Made by a program: the position numbers and the translations under genes | The notes under the pieces: generated by a model | Seen by the model: only the letters and a program-made list of their open reading frames with translations | The model's database searches: none | Told to the model about the DNA's origin: nothing | NCBI GenBank assembly: GCA_030648835.1 | Contig: JAUSGT010000002.1 | Coordinates: forward strand, 501,458-565,457 | From: Candidatus Moraniibacteriota bacterium | GTDB lineage: Bacteria; Patescibacteriota; Minisyncoccia; Moranbacterales; UBA1568 | Direction of reading: 5' to 3' | Length of the DNA: 64,000 nt | In this document: piece by piece, positions 1 to 9,178 of the stretch | Layout of the letters: every line of letters begins with the position of its first letter | Position numbering within the stretch: the stretch's first letter is position 1

Positions 1-2
1 AC

Positions 3-1574
3 GTTGGAGGGAAAATTTGTTCCTCACGCGTACCGAAACTGGAATACACCCCGGAGCTAATAATTGATGGCGACGGGACAGTCGTGGCTCCGAGCGCTCT
101 GGCGATGAGTACGAGTAGCTCGAATATTTCGCGTTGGTGGGTGGATCTGTTTAGATATGGTGACGATAATATTATTGGGCGAAAACACGCTAGTATTCTT
201 GAGGTTTTTGAATTAAGGGATTTCATCAAAGACAATATTTTGACTCAATCCGTTACTACGCTTCCTAAATATATCTCAGATTCAGAACCTCCAATAAGTT
301 CTGAAAAACGTCTCCGTTACTTTCTCCACTCACCACTGGCTCTTTCCGCTCACGATGATGCCGGCAATGAAATCAGCGCTTCTATCGCAACCATTCCCGG
401 CGCGGAGTACAGGCGCTTTGGCGAAGTCCAGTATGTTTCGCTTCCCGCGGCAAGCCATCCGACAGTCGTGTTGGATGGACAAGAAGATGGATCATTCACG
501 CTTGAGGTGCAAGAAGTGACAGGTGATACAGTGACGGCAACGACCACTTTCTCCGGCATCCCGAGCTCCGCGGATACGCAAGCCACTATGGATTTTTCGG
601 ATGGCACGATAGCTGACGCCTCGGCGCTCACAGTCGATTATGATGGCAATGGGACAGCTGATTTCTCGCTTGAGCCAAGCCCTGGTGAGACAGTGCTGTT
701 TGATATCACTCCTCCGGTAACCACCGCTTCAGTAACCGGTACCACGGGGACCAATGATTGGTACATGAGCGACGTTTCAATAACCCTTACCGCTCAAGAT
801 GAAGCGAATGGGAGCGGCGTGGCGGAGACAACCTACTCTCTCGATAACGGTGTCAATTGGCGCACATACACTGCTCCGGTAGTGATTTCTCAAGAAGGAG
901 CGACCAGTATTCTCTACGCTTCTACCGATAAACAGGGAAACAAGGAGGATATAAAGACAGAGAGCGTCAAAATAGACAAAACCGCTCCGGAAGGGAAAAT
1001 TGTTTTCAATCCGCTGACACAGAAACTCGACATCATCGGAACAGATAATCTTTCAAAGAATGTCTCCGTTACGACAATGGAATCCGTCGTTCCCAGCGTT
1101 GTTCCGAGCGAGAGATTAGGAGAAGAAAAAGAAACGAAAGAATCAGACAGGGAAGGAAAAGATGTCCGGATAAAAAGTGTGACATCCATCACTGACGAAG
1201 CGGGACATGCTACAATACTGACACTGGTGATGTCGAAAGACAGAGAGCGGCGTATACTTCGTTCGGTGGAGTCCATATCTTACGACGGTGTGCTAAATTT
1301 GATTGCGAATACGGCTCTCCAATACAAATGGAACTTAGAAAAAAAGAAAAATACCTACAGTATGTTCGCTTCCAATATGAGAACCGTTTCGAAAACGATT
1401 GAATCTCACTACTTGCCCAAGAAAAACATCACCATCATTATGCAGAAGCCGATAAACTTGGATGAGAGAGATGAGGATAGTGATGTCGAATCAAGGCCGG
1501 TAAAAGAAAAACTTTCCGGAATGATCATCCCGGGACTCATAACGGAGAAAGGGAGTGTGAAAGTAAATTATTAA
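3..1574 (+). CDS. 5'-truncated large exported protein: C-terminal part of an LCAT/PGAP1-like alpha/beta hydrolase followed by Ig-like (OmpL47-type) domains
   Basis: Frame is open from the window edge (VGGKICSSRVPKLEYTPELIIDGDGTVVAPSA). GDGTV motif plus downstream His (KHASIL); DITPPVTT...WY..DVSITLTAQD...SGVAETTYSLD...IDKTAP Ig-like repeat. Confidence 0.6.
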   Translation, partial: VGGKICSSRVPKLEYTPELIIDGDGTVVAPSALAMSTSSSNISRWWVDLFRYGDDNIIGRKHASILEVFELRDFIKDNILTQSVTTLPKYISDSEPPISSEKRLRYFLHSPLALSAHDDAGNEISASIATIPGAEYRRFGEVQYVSLPAASHPTVVLDGQEDGSFTLEVQEVTGDTVTATTTFSGIPSSADTQATMDFSDGTIADASALTVDYDGNGTADFSLEPSPGETVLFDITPPVTTASVTGTTGTNDWYMSDVSITLTAQDEANGSGVAETTYSLDNGVNWRTYTAPVVISQEGATSILYASTDKQGNKEDIKTESVKIDKTAPEGKIVFNPLTQKLDIIGTDNLSKNVSVTTMESVVPSVVPSERLGEEKETKESDREGKDVRIKSVTSITDEAGHATILTLVMSKDRERRILRSVESISYDGVLNLIANTALQYKWNLEKKKNTYSMFASNMRTVSKTIESHYLPKKNITIIMQKPINLDERDEDSDVESRPVKEKLSGMIIPGLITEKGSVKVNY

Positions 1575-1602
1575 GTTTCTAAAATCCTAATTTTTAAGAA
1601 TT

Positions 1603-2019
1603 ATGACAAAGAAAAACGTCTTGATGTTATCTTTGATAGGAGTAATGATATTTGTTGTTTCAATGTACTCAGTTGATTTCGGAGTTTGCAAAGATGTTAG
1701 TTATGATTGTAGAAAAACAGCTGATTCAGTGCAGACAATTTTTAGTATTTTTCTTTTGTTATCTCTCTTCTCTCTCATCACTTACAAAATGCAGGAGGAA
1801 GTTTTTCAGGCGTGGTGGAGATTTGCGCGCTGGTTTGTCCCGATTATCATTATCGTTACATATCTCTTGAATACAAGCCACGAGCAGAGTGGTTTCGGCG
1901 GAGTCGCTCAGGGAGCTTTCGATTTCCTCATCCTTATCGTTCTCTACATCATTTTCATCATCACTTCGCTTGTCAGAATCATCCTTGCCTACAGAAGGGT
2001 GAAAAATGGGAATTATTAG
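1603..2019 (+). CDS. small 4-TM membrane protein, hypothetical
   Basis: 138 aa, four hydrophobic segments, Cys pair in the first loop. Confidence 0.75.
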   Translation: MTKKNVLMLSLIGVMIFVVSMYSVDFGVCKDVSYDCRKTADSVQTIFSIFLLLSLFSLITYKMQEEVFQAWWRFARWFVPIIIIVTYLLNTSHEQSGFGGVAQGAFDFLILIVLYIIFIITSLVRIILAYRRVKNGNY

Positions 2020-2138
2020 GGAGAAAAGAGAGAAAGAGAGAGGTGAATAAAAGATGGTGTATAATGATAGGGTAGTTCGTACACAATGTGGTGAATAGTT
2101 GCTTTTGTAGCCCATCCCGGGCTGTAGAGGAGGTCTCA

Positions 2139-2294
2139 ATGTTGAAGATTTTCGGCGTTATGATGGTAGCTACATCGCTCGTGGTGTTCCGGGTCGAAAA
2201 TCACGGGCGTACGGCCGAAGAGCGGCCGATCAAGCTCGATCTGAAGTGTGATGCCTTGTTTGTACTCGGTCTCATACTAGCCGTGGTTGGATGA
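2139..2294 (+). CDS. 51-aa two-TM peptide, hypothetical
   Basis: AGAGGAGG SD before ATG 2139; TATAAT at 2060-2065; hairpin downstream. Confidence 0.5.
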   Translation: MLKIFGVMMVATSLVVFRVENHGRTAEERPIKLDLKCDALFVLGLILAVVG

Positions 2295-2327
2295 AGAGGG
2301 GACGACCATGGAGCCAATAGGAAACAA

Positions 2328-2362
2328 GCGGTGGAGGCTCAAAAGTCTTCACCGCGTATTAT
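2328..2362 (+). terminator. hairpin, probable intrinsic terminator
   Basis: GCGGTGGAGGCT-CAAA-AGTCTTCACCGC followed by an AT-rich tract. Confidence 0.5.
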
Positions 2363-2431
2363 TTCTGTAGGTATCAAATGGGGTATGAGAAAAGTGGTAT
2401 ACTGGAGGGGTAATTTTCTAACTAAAATTCT

Positions 2432-2776
2432 ATGCTTTTATTCAAATGGTTGGTGAGCGCGTTGGCGTTTCTGGCGTTGCCGTACATCGTAGCGGGGATT
2501 AGCGTGCAGGGCTTCGGGACGGCGCTTATCTTGGCGCTTCTGTGGGGGCTGCTCAATATCACTATCCGGCCGGTACTGCTCCTTCTGGCGCTGCCTTTCA
2601 ATCTGCTGACGTTTGGCATCTTTACTTTTATTATCAACGGCTTCCTTCTGTGGCTGCTCGGAGGCCTCATCAAAGGTTTCGAAGTGCAGGGTTTCTTAGC
2701 GGCTATTCTCGGCGCTCTGGTGCTTTCGGCCGTCAGCTCTCTTACCCACTGGGTACTTCACAAAAGCGAAATGTAA
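2432..2776 (+). CDS. phage holin family 4 / YvlD-like membrane protein
   Basis: LLN..IRPVL.LL.LPF..LTFG.F.FIING motif; TGGTATACT box upstream. Confidence 0.85.
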   Translation: MLLFKWLVSALAFLALPYIVAGISVQGFGTALILALLWGLLNITIRPVLLLLALPFNLLTFGIFTFIINGFLLWLLGGLIKGFEVQGFLAAILGALVLSAVSSLTHWVLHKSEM

Positions 2777-2825
2777 TTTTTGGTATAAAAAACCCGCACG
2801 AAGTGAGCGTTGGTTTGTATTGTCT

Positions 2826-4124
2826 ATGAAACGAATAGCCGCTATTTTTCAGGAAAATATTTTTGTCAGGAATAGTATCGTTCTTTTTTCAGGAACGATG
2901 GTGGTGAACGTGCTCAATTATATTTTTCATCTTGTCGTCGGAAGAATGGTAACCCCGAGCGCTTATGGAGAAATAGAGTCGCTTATCTCGCTTCTTGCCA
3001 TCATCTCGGTGCCGGCCTCGACGCTCACGCTCATTGCTACCAAATATGCGGCGGATATGAAAGCGGCGGGGAATTTTCGAGGGACATTGTCCTTGTCGAA
3101 ATATCTCACCGCCAAAGTTTTCTTGTATGGCACCCCTTTGTTTCTCATCGTTTTGCTTTTTACACCGCTGGTAAAAAGTTTTCTTAATATTGAGAACAGC
3201 CTGCCCATCCTGCTTCTCTGGTGCGTGATGTTTTTTTCTTTTCTCAGCGCGGCTACTTCCGGGATCCTTACCGGGTGGCAGAAGTTTTCCAAGATGAATC
3301 TCGTCGGCATACTTTCCATTGTTCTGAAGCTTTTGTCGGTGATACTTCTTCTCCGGCTTGGTTTCGCGGTGAGCGGTGTGGTCGGAAGCTATGTCCTTTC
3401 GACGCTCTTTATCTACCTGATGAACTTGTTCCTTCTCAAGAAATTTTTTCAAAGTAACTCATCCGGAGAAGAGGAGACAACCACTCTTTCATTTGCCACT
3501 CTCAAGAGTTATATTATCCCGGTCTTTTATGGGACTCTTTCCGTGGCAATTTTGGGGAATGCGGATATGATATTTGCCAAGCATCATCTCGACGCGGCCC
3601 TCTCCGGCGGATATGGAGCTCTCTCAATCGCGGCCAAGACGATTTTCTTTGTCACCGGGGTGTTTACAACAGTACTGTTTGCTATGTCAGCCGAAGAGAG
3701 TAACCACAGCAAAAAAGATTCGCGAACCTTCCGTTTAGCTGTCTGGCTAATGGTTCTCGTTGTATTTTTTTCCGTGACCTTTCTCTCTCTTTTCCCCGAA
3801 TTTGTCGTTTCGGTTCTTTTTGGCGAAAAATATCTCTCGGTAAGTCATTCTTTGGGTTGGTTCGCTCTGGCAGCCGGTATTTATTCGCTTGCCAACTTCT
3901 TTCTCCAATATTTGCTTTCTTTGCGCGAAACAAAAATTACCCTCTTCTTTTTGGCTTTATCCGGGCTTGAAATAGCCGTACTTTTCTTCTTTGGAGAGAC
4001 TTTTTATGCTATAATCGGCATAACGATTGCCACACAGATTTTGGCGGTACTTTTGGGACTCTGGTTCGTTTTGAAAAGAAAACACTATGGCGAAGAAGAT
4101 CTCGGTAGTTATACCGGCATATAA
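2826..4124 (+). CDS. Wzx-like oligosaccharide flippase (MOP superfamily)
   Basis: About 12 TM segments; N-terminal 'RNSIVLFSGTMVVNVLNYIFH..GRM..P..YG' pattern. Confidence 0.8.
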   Translation: MKRIAAIFQENIFVRNSIVLFSGTMVVNVLNYIFHLVVGRMVTPSAYGEIESLISLLAIISVPASTLTLIATKYAADMKAAGNFRGTLSLSKYLTAKVFLYGTPLFLIVLLFTPLVKSFLNIENSLPILLLWCVMFFSFLSAATSGILTGWQKFSKMNLVGILSIVLKLLSVILLLRLGFAVSGVVGSYVLSTLFIYLMNLFLLKKFFQSNSSGEEETTTLSFATLKSYIIPVFYGTLSVAILGNADMIFAKHHLDAALSGGYGALSIAAKTIFFVTGVFTTVLFAMSAEESNHSKKDSRTFRLAVWLMVLVVFFSVTFLSLFPEFVVSVLFGEKYLSVSHSLGWFALAAGIYSLANFFLQYLLSLRETKITLFFLALSGLEIAVLFFFGETFYAIIGITIATQILAVLLGLWFVLKRKHYGEEDLGSYTGI

Positions 4125-5049
4125 TGAAGAGAAGAATATTCCACTTGTCAGTCAGGCGATTGTGGATGTTTTTTCGTCGCTCCCGTATGCATATGAGATT
4201 ATTTTCGTAAATGATGGCAGTTCTGACAATAGCCTTCTTGAATTATTGCGTCTTGGTCAGAGCGATCATCGGATAAAGTGTCTGGATTTCTCGAGAAATT
4301 TTGGCAAAGAATCGGCGACATCGGCCGGGTGTCACGTGGCACAAGGTGATGCGATCATTACGATGGATGCCGATTTGCAACATCCGCCGGCGCTCATTTT
4401 GAAATTCCTCCAGTTGTGGGAGCAGGGTGCGGAAGTCGTCTATACCGTGCGGAAAGAAAATAAGGGCTCCAGTTGGATCAAGAAGATTTTTTCCAAGCTT
4501 TTCTATTTTATCTTCAACCGGGTTTCGGGAATGCGGACAGAGTCCGGATCGACTGATTTTCGTTTGATGGACAAAAAAGTCATCGAGGTGTTCCGTAAAT
4601 TTCCCGAGCGGGAACGGATGTTCCGGGGGATGATCGATTGGATGGGATACAAACGTGAAAAAGTGGAATTTGTCGCCCCGGAGCGAATCCACGGCAACGC
4701 GAATTATTCCTATAACAAGCTTTTCCAGCTGGCGTTGAACAGTTTCACGTCTTTCTCGCTGCTCCCGCTTCGTTTGGCGGGGTATTTCGGCATTTTCATT
4801 ACTTTCGTGAGCGGTCTCTTGCTTGCGATAATGCTCATCACAGATTGGTTTTTCAACCCGACTACATTCACTCCGATCGCCATTCTTGGAGTGAGCAACA
4901 TGTTCTTGATCGGCATCGTACTCATCTCACTCGGCTTTATCGCTCTCTATATCGCCCGTATTCACAATGAGGTCATCAATCGCCCGTTGTATATCGTGCG
5001 GGAAAAAGTGAATTTCGATGGCGAGGAAAAAGTTGATCAATTAATGTAA
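4087..5049 (+). CDS. GT2 polyprenol-phosphate glycosyltransferase (GtrB/YkoT-like)
   Basis: [36 protein letters not shown], two C-terminal TMs, RPLY. Confidence 0.9.
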   Translation: MAKKISVVIPAYNEEKNIPLVSQAIVDVFSSLPYAYEIIFVNDGSSDNSLLELLRLGQSDHRIKCLDFSRNFGKESATSAGCHVAQGDAIITMDADLQHPPALILKFLQLWEQGAEVVYTVRKENKGSSWIKKIFSKLFYFIFNRVSGMRTESGSTDFRLMDKKVIEVFRKFPERERMFRGMIDWMGYKREKVEFVAPERIHGNANYSYNKLFQLALNSFTSFSLLPLRLAGYFGIFITFVSGLLLAIMLITDWFFNPTTFTPIAILGVSNMFLIGIVLISLGFIALYIARIHNEVINRPLYIVREKVNFDGEEKVDQLM

Positions 5050-5058
5050 GCGTGTCCT

Positions 5059-6030
5059 ATGGAAAAGAAAAAGATCTTGGTGACGGGAGGGGCGGGTTTC
5101 TTGGGCTCGCATCTCTGCAAGCGGTTGCTCGATGACGGGCACGAAGTCGTCTGTCTGGACAATTTTTTTACCGGCAACAAGGATAACGTCATTGAGCTCA
5201 TGTCGAATCCGCGTTTCGAGCTTCTGCGCCACGATGTGACGTTCCCTATTTATTTGGAAGTGAATCAAATTTACAATCTCGCCTGTCCCGCCTCCCCGAT
5301 CCATTATCAATTCGATCCGGTCCAGACGACCAAGACTTCGGTGCATGGGGCGATCAATATGCTGGGACTGGCCAAGCGGACCAAGGCCCGCATTCTTCAG
5401 GCCTCCACTTCGGAAGTGTATGGTGATCCGCAAGTTCATCCGCAGACAGAAGATTACTGGGGGCACGTCAACCCCATCGGTTTCCGTTCCTGCTATGACG
5501 AGGGCAAGCGTTGCGCCGAGACGCTCTTCTTCGATTATTATCGTCAGAACCAGCTGGACATCCGTGTCGTGCGGATTTTCAATACCTACGGTCCGAATAT
5601 GCATCCTAATGACGGCCGAGTAGTATCCAATTTTATCGTCCAGGCTCTGAAAAATGAAGACATCACCATCTATGGAGATGGTTCACAGACACGGAGTTTT
5701 CAGTATGTGGATGATCTGATCGAGGGAATGGTGAGGATGATGAATCAGGACGGTTTCATCGGGCCAGTGAATTTGGGTAATCCTCATGAGTTTACTATTA
5801 AAGAGCTCGCTGAAAGAGTACTTCACCTTATTCCAGAAAGCAAAAGTAAAATCATTTATAAGCCCTTGCCGGAAGATGACCCGCTGCAGCGTCAGCCGGA
5901 TATTACTCTGGCTAAGACAAAGCTTGACGGCTGGGATCCGAAGATCCAGTTGGAAGAAGGGTTGGCTCGGACCATTGGTTATTTCCGCGAGTACTTTGAA
6001 AAAGATGAGAAAAAAGTGGCTTCTTGTTGA
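5059..6030 (+). CDS. UDP-glucuronate decarboxylase (UDP-xylose synthase)
   Basis: [55 protein letters not shown]. Confidence 0.92.
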   Translation: MEKKKILVTGGAGFLGSHLCKRLLDDGHEVVCLDNFFTGNKDNVIELMSNPRFELLRHDVTFPIYLEVNQIYNLACPASPIHYQFDPVQTTKTSVHGAINMLGLAKRTKARILQASTSEVYGDPQVHPQTEDYWGHVNPIGFRSCYDEGKRCAETLFFDYYRQNQLDIRVVRIFNTYGPNMHPNDGRVVSNFIVQALKNEDITIYGDGSQTRSFQYVDDLIEGMVRMMNQDGFIGPVNLGNPHEFTIKELAERVLHLIPESKSKIIYKPLPEDDPLQRQPDITLAKTKLDGWDPKIQLEEGLARTIGYFREYFEKDEKKVASC

Positions 6031-6054
6031 TGCTGTTGTCTTTGAAAGATAAAT

Positions 6055-6747
6055 ATGAAAGCGTTTGTGTTGGCAGCGGGAGTAGGAAGCCGTATGATGC
6101 CTTTAACAAAAGAGGTACCCAAGCCTATGTTAAAGCTTCTTGGTAAGCCCTTATTACAATATATTCTCGAATATCTCCCTCAAGAGGTGAGTGAAATTAT
6201 TCTTGTGGTTGGGTATAAAAGGGAAATAATCCAAAGTTATTTTGGAGAATCATTCAAAGGAAAAAAGATAACGTATCTTATACAAGAAAACCCAACAGGG
6301 ACCGCAGATGCTCTAAAAATATGTCGCCCATATCTGACGGATGGTGAGCGTTTTTTACTTACCTTCGGAGATGATATTTATGATAAAGAAAGTGTTGCTC
6401 GCTGCTTGCTTCACCCATACGCTTTTTTAATAGGTGAAGTTGCTGATCCGAGGCGCTATGGTGTTGTTGTTCTTGAGAAAGACGAAACGATTTTAGAAAT
6501 AGAAGAAAAGCCCCAGCAACCAAAATCAAACCTTGTCGCTCCCGGTTTGTATATTATTGATACCACTATTTTTGATTATGAAAGCTATGTCGATTTGTCT
6601 CACGAGTGTTATTTGACGCCTCTACTTAACCAGTTTGTGAAAAGGAAATCAGTTTTTGTCGAAAAGGTTGATTTTTGGCTTACTTTTGCCTATCCTGAGG
6701 ATTTACAAAAAGCAGAAAAAATCCTCAAATCACATGAGAAGGGTTGA
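6055..6747 (+). CDS. sugar-1-phosphate nucleotidyltransferase
   Basis: LAAGVGSRM.PLT...PKPML, Q..P.GTADA, GDD, EEKP. Confidence 0.85.
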   Translation: MKAFVLAAGVGSRMMPLTKEVPKPMLKLLGKPLLQYILEYLPQEVSEIILVVGYKREIIQSYFGESFKGKKITYLIQENPTGTADALKICRPYLTDGERFLLTFGDDIYDKESVARCLLHPYAFLIGEVADPRRYGVVVLEKDETILEIEEKPQQPKSNLVAPGLYIIDTTIFDYESYVDLSHECYLTPLLNQFVKRKSVFVEKVDFWLTFAYPEDLQKAEKILKSHEKG

Positions 6748-6772
6748 CATAAATGCTAAAAGAGAGTATAAT
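6744..6772 (+). promoter_or_regulatory. perfect sigma70 promoter
   Basis: TTGACA(6744-49)-17 nt-TATAAT(6767-72); the -35 box overlaps the TGA stop of the upstream gene. Confidence 0.85.
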
Positions 6773-6851
6773 ACTACGTTACTCTATTTTTGAGTGATCA
6801 GTTATAATTTGTTGTAACTGTAATGTATTTTTTACATTTAGAGGGGGCCAC

Positions 6852-7562
6852 ATGGCTGCAACAAAGAAGTTGTCAGGAGTTCCCGGCTATAGGCCTGGTT
6901 GGAGGCTGACAGTAGACGGAATGTCTGTCGAGGGCGAATGGAAAATTATTTCGCCATTTGGATCGGTAGAAACCGCCGTTGTACTCCATGCCGATGGCAG
7001 TCCGAATTTTGATCGGCCAGCGTATCGAGAGGCGCCACACGTGAATTGTGTTGTGTGGGGCCGGGACAAGGATGGCGTGGCGAAGTTCGCTGTTATCCGT
7101 CAGCCACGTCCGCATGCCGATGACCCGGAACAGTCAGGAAATGATCATCAGTCGGTAGTGTTTGGGCAGACTCCTATGGGGTTTCTCGAAAAAATTATCG
7201 GCAAGGATCTTATTCCCAGGCTCGAGGATGTGGAACATGCCGCAGAGCGTGAAGCGTTGGAAGAGGCTGGTGCGCGGGTGGTGCTCAATGTCGAGCGTCC
7301 GCCATATCCGTGGCACAATCCGAACCCGACCTTCGTCGCCACGTGGGCGGATATCGTTTTCATCGAAGTCGATCTTGCCAAGATTGCTGAACTGAAGCCC
7401 GACCGTAGCGAGCCCATCTTTTCGGCAGAGTATGTCACGGTCGGAGAGCTTCGTCATCGGATTGCAGCAGGAAAGGATGAAGCGGGTGCGGTATATCGAG
7501 GCTGCACTTCAAACTCGGTATGGCTGATATTCTTTGCCCTCCATCCCGAACTTTGGCAGTAG
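6852..7562 (+). CDS. divergent Nudix hydrolase (ADP-ribose/NDP-sugar pyrophosphatase-like)
   Basis: VIRQPR...PMG...AAEREALEEAG Nudix box with an insertion; GAGGGGG SD. Confidence 0.7.
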   Translation: MAATKKLSGVPGYRPGWRLTVDGMSVEGEWKIISPFGSVETAVVLHADGSPNFDRPAYREAPHVNCVVWGRDKDGVAKFAVIRQPRPHADDPEQSGNDHQSVVFGQTPMGFLEKIIGKDLIPRLEDVEHAAEREALEEAGARVVLNVERPPYPWHNPNPTFVATWADIVFIEVDLAKIAELKPDRSEPIFSAEYVTVGELRHRIAAGKDEAGAVYRGCTSNSVWLIFFALHPELWQ

Positions 7563-7612
7563 ATACAAGGAGACTTGTGGAACTTTTTCTTAGCAACGGC
7601 TACGGAAAGGAC

Positions 7613-7645
7613 AAGGCGTTTACCCGCAAGGGAGACGCCTTTTTT
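7613..7645 (+). terminator. intrinsic terminator
   Basis: AAGGCGTTT-A-CCC-GCAA-GGG-AGACGCCTT-TTTT. Confidence 0.8.
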
Positions 7646-7713
7646 CTGCCCATTTTCTTTTCTAAGTAAGGAACCTTTGCTATACTGCAAGGGATAGATT
7701 TTTTAAAGTTTCT

Positions 7714-8691
7714 ATGATCAGATATAGTTTCATTATCCCGGTCAAGGCTATCAATGATTATATCCATGAAGCCGTACCAAAAATCCTCCAGATCGAGCGG
7801 GATGATTACGAGATTATCATTTATCCTGATAGAGCAAACGATGAGTCGTGGCGGAAGACGAGGCAAATCGCTACCGGACATTGTGGCCCGGCGGAGAAAA
7901 GGACGAGAGCCATTCATGACGCGCTGGGTGAGATTCTTATTTTCGTCGATGATGACGCGTATCCGGAAAAAGATTTCCTCGATCATTTGGAAGAAGATTT
8001 CCGAGACCTTGGCATTACGGCAGTCGGCGGACCGGCCATCACGCCAAAGCATGATTCTTTTTGGCAGAAAGTATCCGGCGCGGTATTTCTCAGCTTTCTT
8101 TCCGGTGGCTCACCGGAGCGCTATGTGTCGGTGGGGAAGAAACGGCTGGTGGATGACTGGCCCAGTGTGAATCTTTCGATACGCAAGGATGCCTTTATAG
8201 CTCTGAATGGTTTCGATTGCGAATTTTGGCCGGGAGAAGATACAAAACTCTGTCTCGATATCATCAAGAAGATCAAGGGGAAAATCCTCTATGACCCGGC
8301 TCTTATCGTGTATCATCACAGGCGCGAGGGTTTGTGGCGGCATATGAAGCAAGTCGCAGGCTACGGGTTGCATCGGGGATTTTTTGCCAAGAGATACCCG
8401 GCAACATCGCTCCGGTGGAAATATTTTCTCCCCACGTTCTTTTTCCTGTTTGTGAGTTTCGGAACAGTCGCGGTTCTTCTTGACAGAGATTTTCTTATCT
8501 GGTATTTGGCTCTATGGAGCCTTTATTTTGTAGGTCTCCTGAAATCCGCGGTAGATATTTATCGTTATGAACAAAATATTGCTATCATAAGCCACGCTCT
8601 TTATTATATTTTTTTCACCCATCTCGCGTACGGTTTTTCTTTTCTCAGGGGTTTTTTGTGGACTTGGAAACTCAAGAGCAAACTTCGCTAA
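7714..8691 (+). CDS. GT2 glycosyltransferase with C-terminal TMs
   Basis: SFIIPV, FVDDDAYP, VGGP, GFD....GED; TGCTATACT box upstream. Confidence 0.88.
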   Translation: MIRYSFIIPVKAINDYIHEAVPKILQIERDDYEIIIYPDRANDESWRKTRQIATGHCGPAEKRTRAIHDALGEILIFVDDDAYPEKDFLDHLEEDFRDLGITAVGGPAITPKHDSFWQKVSGAVFLSFLSGGSPERYVSVGKKRLVDDWPSVNLSIRKDAFIALNGFDCEFWPGEDTKLCLDIIKKIKGKILYDPALIVYHHRREGLWRHMKQVAGYGLHRGFFAKRYPATSLRWKYFLPTFFFLFVSFGTVAVLLDRDFLIWYLALWSLYFVGLLKSAVDIYRYEQNIAIISHALYYIFFTHLAYGFSFLRGFLWTWKLKSKLR

Positions 8692-8831
8692 ATTTACCCT
8701 GTTACCTATTCAGGGAAAATTAAACGTTACGGAAACTGTAAGACGAAGTCGCCTTATGGCACCAGTGAACAATAGCTTGAAAAGCTTCGTCAAATAGGTG
8801 ATAGGGGGTTTTGACCAAGACCCCTTTTTTT
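8691..8831 (+). ncRNA. candidate structured cis-regulatory RNA ending in an intrinsic terminator
   Basis: 14-bp helix 8697-8710/8793-8806 with two G-U pairs; GACGAAG/CTTCGTC helix; terminator at 8804-8831. Confidence 0.4.
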
Positions 8832-8855
8832 GGTATCCTGAACCAGCGATAGAGG

Positions 8856-8897
8856 TTGATCATTGGTTACTTGTTATCGGAATTTGGTTATTGTTTA
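8856..8897. repeat. degenerate heptamer array (TTGGTTA-like)
   Basis: TTGATCA TTGGTTA CTTGTTA TCGGAAT TTGGTTA TTGTTTA. Confidence 0.55.
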
Positions 8898-8900
8898 TTT

Positions 8901-9155
8901 ATGGAACAAACGGAAAACGTTCAGGCAGTAAAAAAAGATGATATTGAGATACGAATTTTTCGGGAAAAATGCATCGGTGCCGCTACGTGTGTTGTCTATG
9001 GTCCATCTACTTTCGATTTGGATGAAAAGAGCATCGCCGTCGTGAAAGAGGGGCAGTGGGATGAGTTGGAGAAGATTATTTCCGCGGCCCAATCCTGTCC
9101 GGTGACAGCTATAGAAATTTATCAAAATGGGAAAAAAATCCATCCCACTACGTAA
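8901..9155 (+). CDS. single-cluster ferredoxin, probably [3Fe-4S]
   Basis: CIGAATC...AAQSCPVTAI, with Ala at the second Cys position. ATG 8901 preferred over TTG 8856. Confidence 0.88.
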   Translation: MEQTENVQAVKKDDIEIRIFREKCIGAATCVVYGPSTFDLDEKSIAVVKEGQWDELEKIISAAQSCPVTAIEIYQNGKKIHPTT

Positions 9156-9178
9156 TCCCAATTATCAAACAAAAAGGT

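Noticed and set aside
2308-2370. 20-codon ORF MEPIGNKRWRLKSLHRVLFL with an SD-like motif
   Set aside because: Runs through the terminator hairpin; too short to support.
8856-8900. TTG-start N-terminal extension of the ferredoxin
   Set aside because: The extension is the translated heptamer array; ATG 8901 is more plausible.
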